Positions 51,808 through 61,104 of a stretch of DNA of 64,000 bases are shown here, one piece after another. Location: the NCBI RefSeq assembly GCF_902713615.1, contig NC_052172.1, positions 12,876,185-12,940,184 on the forward strand. The letters run 5' to 3'. Position 1 is the first letter of the stretch. Every line of letters begins with the position of its first letter. The DNA is from Scyliorhinus canicula (lineage: Eukaryota). A program made the position numbers and the translations under genes. The notes beneath the pieces are model-generated. The model ran no database searches. It was given only the letters and a program-made list of their open reading frames with translations, and had not been told where the DNA came from.

Positions 51808-52856
51808 CCCACAGGGGAGATGAGGAGCATGTACAGGGCTCCACCGTGGCTCCGCCCATAACTCCACCCACAACCGGAAGTATAAAGTGCTGCGGTCTTG
51901 TGAGTGTACCCTCAGTTCTTCTGGTTGCAGGCAGGCTCAGTTGTAAATTGATTAAAGCCACAGTTTACTTCAACTCGTGTCTCTGAGTGAATTGATGGTC
52001 GCAGGAATCTGGAATCTCCTGACCTCCCACTGGCAGGAGGTCCTCCCCAACGCGCTCCATGCAATTAGGTCCCTCCTGTGTATGGCCACTAATCAGACTC
52101 CTCACGAGCGATTATTTGTTTTCCCTAGGGGCACTACCACGGGGGCCTCGCTTCCATCCTGGTTGAGGACACCAGGCCCTGTCCTCCTTCGGAAGCACGT
52201 CCGGACACATAAAACAGACCCGCTGGTAGAGAGGGTCCTACTCCTGCATTCAAACCCCCACTACGGGTTTATCGAGCACCCTGACGGCCAGCAGGACACC
52301 GTTTCCCTCCGGGACCTGGCACCTGCAGGATCTACCACTACTGCCGAGGTACCCCTCACACCACACCCGATCCCCCACGCCCTGCGTCCCTGCACCTACA
52401 GGTATCCTGCGCCCCCTTTCACCCGTCACACCGGTCAGGAACAAAGCTCTGGAAGAACCATCCCCGGATTCACATCGAACATCTGCACACACCCATCCGA
52501 AGCGGCTGCATCTCCAGTGCTCCGCCGGTCCCAGTGAACGATTCGAGCACCGGACCAACTAAACCTATCGACCCGTCACCCCCGCCGGACTTGATTTTTT
52601 TAACACGGGGTGAATGTATAATATAAATTCACACTGTATATCACTGTGTCCCCCATCTGTGAGCCGTTGCGCGGCTCTGCCCACAGGGGGAGATGAGGAG
52701 CATGTACAGGGCTCCGCCCACAACCGGAAGTATAAAGTGCTGCGGTCTTGTGAGTCTGCCCTCGGTTCTTCTGGTCGAAGGCAGGCTCAGTTGTAAGCTG
52801 ATTAAAGCCACAGTTTACTTCAACTCGTGTCTCTGAGTGAATTGATGGTCGCATCA
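51808..52856 (+). mobile_element. Second, internally deleted copy of the same Gypsy family (partial LTR, integrase C-terminus, LTR about 52615-52856), inside another LTR-like sequence
   Basis: WQEVLPNALHAIRSLLCMATNQTP nearly identical to the 47399-49372 ORF; LTR ends gatggtcgcatca. Confidence 0.9.
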
Positions 52857-53369
52857 CTGTGTTAATAATAAAGTTTGTTTTAATACACTGTATCCCTGTG
52901 TGTTAGTGTGTGTGTGCGCGAGTTGAATCAATCCTGGAGCGAAGTATCCTTTCCTCACAGTTTTACAAACAAAATAAAATATTGGGGTTTCTGTCAATAT
53001 TGTCCTAGCAACTGCTGGGGTCTAGTCCGGGATCATAAAAATAGGCTGGGGTTGTCTGGCTGTTGACATGCTGGCGGGATCTTCTGGTCCCAACGAAAGC
53101 GCACCCTCGCCCCGGTTTCCGGTCCCCGTCTCTTAGAAATAGTGGCATGCGATCTTTTACACCTAAGTGGGCAGACAGGGCCTTGATTTTACACCTCATC
53201 CGAAAGTCAGCCTATCCAGAGTGTCAGATTGTGTACCGAAAACCTGGAGTGCATATCTGTCACTGGACATCAATGTGCAACCCACTGAGTCAAGGCCGAG
53301 GTCTGCCATAACAATTGGGTTGCCAACTGTGATTAAATGCTTTTTCACATGGCTTTCCTCCCACCCTTT

Positions 53370-53687
53370 GAACATTGAACATACAGTGCAGAAGGAGGCC
53401 ATTTGGCCCATCGAGTCTGCACCGACCCATTTAAGCCCTCACTTCCACCCTATGCCCGTAACCCAATAACCCCTCCCAACATTTTTCGGACACTAGGGGC
53501 AATTTAGCATGGCCAATCCGCCTAACCTGCACGTCTTTGGACTGTGGGAAGACACTGAAGCACCCGGAGGCAACCCACGCAGACACAGGGAGAACGTGCA
53601 GACTCCGCAGACAGTGACCCAGCAGGGAATCGAACCTGGGACCCTGGCACTGTGTGAAGCCACAGTGCTAACCACGATGCTACCGTG
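53370..53687 (-). mobile_element. V-SINE-type SINE
   Basis: Full head, V-domain and tail. Confidence 0.85.
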
Positions 53688-53949
53688 CACGCTCCAGTCA
53701 TTTGTCAGCCAACACATCTGTCCTAGTGATCCATGGCCTTCCGACACAATTGGAAAGCAAAAAAACTCATTACCCAATTGGATGATGCTTGACTGTCAGT
53801 GAAACAGCCTTTCCCCCCTTCCCCATTTTTCATATTCTTATACTGTATCAGGTAAAGAGCTCAAAGAAAATGTCAGAAAACATGTTTCTTCAGGGTTGCA
53901 CAGAGCAGTGCCCTAGGGATTGATTTAAAACTTTTAGGGATTGGCCATC

Positions 53950-54157
53950 AATCCCAGCGGATTGTAATCGCCCTTCAACCCCTGTGGATCGTAATCGCCC
54001 TTCAACCCCTGTGGATTGTAATCGCCCTTCAACCCCTGTGGATTGTAATTGTCCGTCAATCCCTATGGATTGTAATCGTCCGTCAATCCCTGTGGATTGT
54101 CATCGTCCGTCAATCCCTGTGGATTGGGATCGCCCTTCAATCCCGGGGGATTGGGAT
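53950..54157. repeat. 27-bp minisatellite (ggattgtaatcgcccttcaacccctgt), about 7-8 copies
   Basis: Direct read; translates as repeated DCNRPSTPV. Confidence 0.92.
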
Positions 54158-54207
54158 CTCGGCAGAGGGAGGGCAACGTGCGATGACAGTGGACACCAAA
54201 GTGGAGC

Positions 54208-54415
54208 GGGGCAGTATGTTGTCACAGTGGTTAGCACTGCTGCCTCACGGCACCAAGGTCCCAGGTTCGATCCCAGTCGGTCACTGTCCGTGTGGACTTT
54301 GCACATTCTCCCAGTGTTTGCGTGGGTTTCGCCCCCACAACCCAAAGATGTGCAGGGTAGGTGGATTGGCCGCACTAAATTGCCCCTTAATTGGGGGTAA
54401 AATGTATTTGGAAAA
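54208..54415 (+). mobile_element. Type-C SINE ending about 25 bp from the Trx-like D stop codon
   Basis: tRNA head, cgcccccacaacccaaagatg, aaattgccccttaattgg. Confidence 0.8.
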
Positions 54416-54440
54416 AAGCCAAGCGGGAGCCAGGAGCCGT

Positions 54441-54809
54441 CTAGGTCTTGCCGGGGTTTAATTTCGGCGGGCACTGGGAGCCGTCCCCCTGCAGCTTCTG
54501 GATCATTCGCTCCAGGAGGCAGCGGTTGGGCCCCTTGAACTGGAAGATCTTGACGCCGCTCTTGAAGAACTGGAAGGTGGGGAACCACTCGACGCGGCAG
54601 CGCTGCACCACGTCCCTGGCCACGCCGATGTCCACCTCATAGAAGGCAACGTCCGGGTAGCCCTCGGCGAACTGGTCAAAGTTGAGCTGTATCATCTGGC
54701 AGAACTCGCACCAGTTGGCGGAGTACAGCACCACCACCAGCTGCTGCTCGCCCGCCTCCAGCGCCGCGTCCAGCTCCGCACAGTTCTTAATGTTGCCGAT
54801 CACACCCAT
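54441..54809 (-). CDS. Thioredoxin-like protein D (122 aa), active site WCEFC, short C-terminal extension
   Basis: ELDAALEAGEQQLVVVLYSANWCEFC..VAFYEVDI..FPTFQFFKSGVKIFQFKGPN matches TXN. Kozak gggcaATGG; intact frame. Confidence 0.87.
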   Translation of the reverse strand: MGVIGNIKNCAELDAALEAGEQQLVVVLYSANWCEFCQMIQLNFDQFAEGYPDVAFYEVDIGVARDVVQRCRVEWFPTFQFFKSGVKIFQFKGPNRCLLERMIQKLQGDGSQCPPKLNPGKT

Positions 54810-54810
54810 T

Positions 54811-55290
54811 GCCCCGCCTACTGAGGCCGGCCCCGCCCCCGTCCCCCGCCCTCACCCCTCCTCCCTCTGTGACGTCCCGCGCATGGCACAGAGACCCACA
54901 CCGCCATTGGCCGGCTCACCCAGGGCCCCGCCTACTGAGGCCGGCCCGCCCCCGGCCCGTCCCTCACCCCTCCCCTCTCTGTGACGTCCCGCTCATGGCA
55001 CAGAGGCCGACACCGCCATTGGCCGGTTCACCCAGGGCCACACCTACAAAGGCCGTGCCCCGCCTACTGATGTAGGGCCCCGCCCCTCATCCCTCCCCTC
55101 TCGGTGACGTCCGCGCATGGCAGAGAGGTACACACCGCCGTTGGCCGGCCCACCCAGGGTCCCGCCTACTGAGGCCGACCCCGCCTACTGAGACTGGCCC
55201 CGCCTACTGAGACTGGCCCCGCCCACTTCCCCCCTCAATGACGTCCGCGCATGGCAGAGAGGCCCACACTGCCATTGGCCGGCCCACTCC
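54811..55290 (-). repeat. About four tandem copies of a ~115-130 bp promoter module (GC boxes + TGACGTC + CCAAT) upstream of Trx-like D
   Basis: Units start gccccgcctactgag at about 54811, 54925, 55057 and 55159; TGACGTC at 54870, 54982, 55105, 55239; ATTGG at 54906, 55018, 55274 (degenerate in unit 3). Confidence 0.85.
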
Positions 55291-55449
55291 ACGCCAATCA
55301 CCGTCTGCCTTGGCGGTAGCCAAGCGACGGACCCGGGGGTAAAAATAAAATAATGGCTTCGGGTTCCCGACTGTTTGGCCGTACCGACCACCCCCCCCCC
55401 CCCCTGTCAATTCAACAGTTAACAAACACACACAGGCCTCAAGTCTGAT

Positions 55450-56240
55450 TTGTTGGGATTTCAAACCCAAGCGTTTTAATGGAGAAGGGGTGGGGTTTCA
55501 TCGCCGCTCCACCCGCGCTGATTGGACTGCTCCGGCTGTCCATCAGCACTCCCCGCCTCTTTTCCGATGACAGGCGGGCGAGTCCGCCAATCGGAGGAGG
55601 GACGGCAGGGCCGCCCCGTCTGATTGGACCAGAGTCCGCCGGCTCGCCACCAAACGGAGCGCAGCGATTGGAGTGGGGGGCGGGTGCTTCCGGTGGGCCG
55701 GTCTGGATCGCCGGAGCTCGGCGGCCCGCAGGGGGGAGGGAGGAAAACAACATGAAGAAGTCAGCGGGCAGCGGACGGGTCATGGCGGCCGGGGGTCGGT
55801 GAGGAGGGAAAGGCGGCGGCGGTGGTGGTGGAGTTGGTGATGCTCGGGGAGCATTGAATAAAAATCGCCTCCAAGTCACTCAGCAGGTAGCGCCCGCTCT
55901 CCCGGACAGACTTTTCCTGAATAAATTCGCCGTCCGGTTTTTGTGGCACCGTTCAAACGGACGCCTGATTTTCACCCGGCACCTGGAGCGCGGCCTTTAG
56001 TCCCGGAAGTCCCGGAGAGGGTTAATTCCCAGGGGTGGGGGTGTAGGTGGAGGGGACCCTCAGCTCAGCCCCGCTTTTACCCCCCCGGGAAGAAGGGGGG
56101 GGTGTGTGTAACAGAGTCAACCCGCTGCGCCAACTGCGCATGTGCGCCGCTGTGCAGTCTGGGGGTTGTATTTTTTTTCCTTTTGGAGCAGTTCCCCATG
56201 ATTCAGCGCGCGGTGGCGGAGCGCGCATGCGCGGAAGAGC
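55450..56240 (+). promoter_or_regulatory. CpG island: probable promoter and non-coding first exon of the SERTA gene
   Basis: Multiple CCAAT/ATTGG boxes at about 55520-55670, GC boxes, NRF1 consensus GCGCATGCGC at 56223-56232, candidate donor CAG|GTAGCG at 55886/55887. It is the nearest CpG island upstream of the acceptor at 61098. Confidence 0.6.
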
Positions 56241-58894
56241 CTGGCAGGCCAGAGATGGGAGGGGCAGGGGGTTGGTTGGGGGGAGGGGCACGACAGACTG
56301 GTTTTGGGGGAGAGGGTATTCAGGATGAGATGGGGCACATAGATACATAGGAGGAGGCCTTTTGGCCCTTCGAGCGTGCTCCGCCATTCATGACGATCAT
56401 GGCTGATCATCCAACTCAATAGCCTCCGCCCAGGAGCTTCCGACCAGAAGAGAGAGCCCCTCAGGGTATTGAACGTCCCAGGCTGTCAGAATGTATGCAG
56501 GTTCAGGATAAGATGGGGTTTCTTACGGTCCAAATAGACCTGGGGAGGATTGTAATTTTACTGCAAATCAAATTGCATGAGAAGCATTGCCTCCTATAAC
56601 CTGGTAACCACCCCCCCCCCCCCCCCCAAACCTCCCGAGAGGTTTTTGGTAACCTTCTTTTGATGGGGAGGTTATGGGTGTTGTATTTGCATTGAGGGGT
56701 TAACAATGAAGGGATTAGTCCTCAGTGCTGTAGTGAGGGAGTGTGAACATTGTTCACAGTTGCCTCCGCGGATAGATCAAAGGGGAGTTGTATCAACATT
56801 TGTGTGTGCCTAAAGTCTCTCACTGTGGCAGTTGTGAACTCCATATTGAAGGAATGTGCTACTTGCCTTGGAGGTTGTACAATGAAGGGTCACTAGAGCG
56901 GTTCCTGGGATGACGAGGTTATCCTGTGATGAGAGGCTGAGTCAAGTGGCCTCTGCAATTTAGAAGAATGGAAATGATTCGGAAGTGCCTCGACGGGGCA
57001 GGCACTGAGAGACCCTGGACAGGAAATCTGGAACTCTTGGGCAGCCTCAGGGTAAATGTGCTGAACTTTGAGAAGTGAGATGAGAAATTCCTCAGGCTCA
57101 TGAATCCTGGGAATTTTCTACCCCAGAGGGTTGTGGGTGCTGCTTCATATCAGGCTGAGATGGACACTAGGGAATCAATAGACATGGGAGTGAGCAAGAA
57201 GGGAGAGGGTTTGGGTATGATCGCTTTGAATGGCGGAGCAGGCTCAAAGGGTCGCATCTCTATCCCTCTTTATTATGTTCTCAATTCACATAAAAGGTAG
57301 ATCGGATAAAGATGGCTGGTTTCTTTTCTTAAGGGACGAGTGGGCCATTGGGATGTTGACACAATCCAGAAACTGCAGGAAAATAATTGCAAAACACTGC
57401 GGTGCTAGAAATCTGAACTAAAAACAGAAATGCTGGATAAACTAGGCCTAGCAACATAGGTGGAGAAGAGTTAATGTTTCAGATCTAAATGATCCTATAA
57501 GGGTACTGCTTGTTTGCTGCCTGTTTATTCCTTTATTTATTGGGCAAGAAACCTGTATCTTTAATTCAAGCAGGAAGAATCCGGGAGGCTGTGCTGGTTT
57601 AATCTAGAAGCTGGAGACTGGCCAGTGTCTGAGACATGTTGGGGATTCGATTTGGTTGAATTGGCTCTAAAGGCTCTGTACGGCCCGGTAACAGTTGGTG
57701 ATTGGATTTGAACCCACTGGAATGTTTTTCAGAGTCCAAGTTTTGAGTTTGGTTTCAGTTTTGATTCTGGCAGCCCGGTGAAGAGATCAACCTAAGCGCT
57801 CTCCAGAAAGGTCCAGATAGGCTCTCTCCAGAAGGCCCCTGTAAGGACTGATTCCCTCTCCAGAAAGCCTCTGGTTGCTCTCTCCTGGAACTACAGAAGC
57901 CTGAAGACTAATCACGAACCGAAAGTAAAGTTTGCTGTGAAATAAGGTGCCCCTCCCGGAAATGCCGTGAACAATATGACTCTCTCCAGAGAGCTGTTGT
58001 GAGAGCAGTAAGTGTTAAGTTGCCATAGTCCTAGATGACCCCTTTGAGGGGGAGAGCTGGCAGTGATTTAACCTGAGGATCACCACACCTCCGGCGATGG
58101 GCAAGGTTGAGGCGACAGGGGAATTGAACTCGTGCTGCTGAACTTGCTCTGCACCACTGTCCAGCCAACTGAGCTAAACCAGCTCACAATATAACTCTCC
58201 AGAAAGCTGCTAAAAGTTGTGAGTACTGTATCCTTGAAACCAAGTACCCGAATGAATCCGCAGTAAAAGCCTTGAACTGACGGCTGGAATTGAAGCAAAG
58301 CTGCTTTAAAAAAAACATCATCTGCAGCAAAGACTTTCATCTTTACTATTCCTCACCCCCCCCCCCCCCCCCACCCTGTGTGTTTGTGTTGTGTGTGGGT
58401 AGAGGGTGGGTGCAGGTAAAGTGGAGATGGGAGTTAAATTGACAGTTAACTGGTTGTAATTACTGCATATTTCATAATAGTTCTTATTATAAATAAATAG
58501 TAATCATGTTTGCGTTTACAACCCTGGTGACGTCCATCATTTTTATGAGAATTAGTTAGTTCACTTGAGTTGGGACTCTGGGGTACGTGGGGCTGAAATT
58601 GACCGTGCACTGGCCTGTGAAGTAACAATCCGACACAAATTTCAGGAGCTCCTTTTACTGACACCAGTTTTGCATTTCCAGTTTTTTTTTCCCCAAGCTG
58701 AATTCAAACGGCCCCGATGGGAATTGAATTCCTCGGGTTGCTGGACCAGTCAACCCATTAATGGCAGATTCAGCGACTGAGTCTGTTCTGGGTTGCTCTG
58801 GGCCACCAATGGTGACCTGGGTCACTGATGAATCGCAGTGAGTAAAGCCGTCACTGGGAGCTGGGTAATTCCACTGGACTGCACCATCTGATCG

Positions 58895-59160
58895 TTTTAA
58901 AAAAAATATTTTTATTCTCCTTTTTCACATTTTCTCCCAAATTTACACCCAACAATAATCAGTAACGAATGCAATGTCAATCGCCATAATCAATAACAAC
59001 GATCCCATCCTCCCACCAAACCCCCAAACATTAGCCCGCATGTTAACATAAACAAATGACAAAAAGGAATCAGGAATCGCCCATAGTCACCATTAACACA
59101 TTCGGTCCCCCCAACCCCCACCCTCCCCCAACCATCCCAGCCCCCACTCCCCCTAATATT
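58895..59160 (-). mobile_element. L1 3'-UTR/tail fragment in the SERTA-gene intron
   Basis: ttttaaaaaaaatatttttatt end like that at about 3030; G-rich UTR. Confidence 0.55.
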
Positions 59161-59323
59161 AGAGCTAAGATGTGTAGCCATTGCAGTTGTCATTCACTGC
59201 TTTGTACAGAAGAATGTGGACCTTTGTGTAACGAAAGGGAGAATGTCAGTAAAGAGTCAAAACGCGCCTGTTCAGCAAATGATATTGGTGAACATGAAAA
59301 TAGGGGGTTTGAGTTAAATCTGG

Positions 59324-59628
59324 GGGGCAGCACAGTAGTTAGCACAGTTGCCCGACAGCTCCAGGGTCCCAGGTTCGATTCCGCCTTTTGTCACTGTCTG
59401 TGCGGAGTCTGCACGTTCTCCCCGTGGCTGGTTGGTTTCCTCCGGTTTCCTCCCACAGTCCAAAGATGGGCAGGTTGGGTGGATTGGCCATGCTAAATTG
59501 CCCTTAGTGTCCAAAAAGGTTGGGTTAGTTGGGGTTACGGGGATAGGGTGGAGGTGTGGGTTTTTCTGAGGGATGGTGCAGACCCGATGGACTGAATGGC
59601 CTCCTTCTGCACTGTAAATTCTATGATT
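59324..59628 (+). mobile_element. V-SINE-type SINE in the SERTA-gene intron
   Basis: Head, V-domain and tail ctgcactgtaaattctatga. Confidence 0.85.
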
Positions 59629-61104
59629 ATGATAAATGTCCTACCCTCGTCCCCATAACGGGGATCGAGAAGGTTGTGCTGATTCCTCACTTTGAGCTTT
59701 GCGTTGCTCCAAGATCAACATTGCATTTGTTATCGGGTGCATTTAACATGACCTTTGCGCCTTTGGGAATAGCTGTTGATAGGAGGGGAGGGGACAGAGT
59801 GTCCAGACTCCAGGGCTCCTCTTCACAGCCACTGTTGTGTTTCAGTTCCTTGCTGCGTAAAGAGAGGTCTAACCTCGTCACGGCTTCAGGGTGACTGACG
59901 AGTGCCACGCGTTCTATTTTTGGACTAGTTATTGTGCACAGAAGCTGCACTGAATGGACAGTGGACCATAAGCAAAATACTTGCGGATGCGAGCTATTGA
60001 AATAAAAAGTGAAAATGCTGTGATGTACAGACGAATGAGCTTTTGTGTAAGGAAAGGGGGGGGACTGTCAGTAAAGAGTCAAAATGGGCCAGTTAGAAAA
60101 TGGTATCCGCGTACATGAAAATAGGGGGAACGCTTTGAATTAAATGTCCTACCCTCTTCCCCCTCAGCATTTCTTGATTGAACAGTTAGTTACTTTTGGC
60201 GATGGTGGCCAGAACATTGGCAAAACTTCTATTTCCTCTTCCAGCAGTGCCCTAATGTCTCACTTTCTCAATTTCCTTTTGTATCCTCAGTCGCTCAAAG
60301 ATCCATTGGCTCCTCCAACTCCCGCACGAGCCTACAAGTTTTGACAGGCCTTCTGACCTTGCCTGGACTTGCAACTGAGCTTTGACCAAGGGTCACACAC
60401 ACTAGACTCTTTTCTCTCCTTAGATGCTGCCAGCCCTGCTGAGATTTTCCAGCTTTTTCTCTTTTGGTTTCAGATTTCAGCATCCGCAGTAATTTGCTTT
60501 TTTTTTTAACTTTTAACAGTGTCCTTGCCTGATTACATCAGAACTTTTCAGCCAGGGGCCACTTGGCAAAGGGAGTGAAGGGCTAGAGAGAGAAAAGGGC
60601 CGATTTACAGCAAGTGCGTCGGCTGAAGGGTAATTCCATAGTTATTTTCAAAACTGAATTTAATACATGCTGAAATGGGAAAGATTTGCAGAGCTCCGGG
60701 GATAGCGTGGTTAGAGTGAGATTGGATAGCTCTTTCAAAGAACTGACTCCGACGTGATCGGCTGGATGGTTCCCCTCCTCTGTGTAATTCTGGGCTTTTG
60801 GAGATCAATCAGCAGGAGGAACCATGGCGGATTAATCCCCCCCCCCCCCCCCCCCCCCCCCAGACCAAGAAGGGGTGCTGATGGGTCTTGGTGAAGAAGG
60901 GTGGTCAGAGGCCTGGTTGGAGTATAAATTAGGTGTATACCGCATGCAGCTTCTATGTAATTAAACTAACAACTCTTCTGCTTCCCATTCTAGGAAGGCT
61001 AGTAGTATTGATGCAGATTGGGAGCCGTGCCTGTAGCCGCCTCCTTTTGTACCAAATGTCTTGCACCCCATGTTAATAGCTCTCCTTTATCTCGACAGGT
61101 CTAA

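Noticed and set aside
53984-54400. ORF with DCNRPSTPV repeats; also considered as a CRISPR-like array
   Set aside because: 27-bp minisatellite with no unique spacers, non-ATG start, running into a SINE; eukaryotic context.
13880-54809. Assigning TXN, TXNDC2 or TXNDC8 symbols
   Set aside because: None has WCGPC or the TXN exon structure; orthology cannot be shown without phylogeny and synteny.
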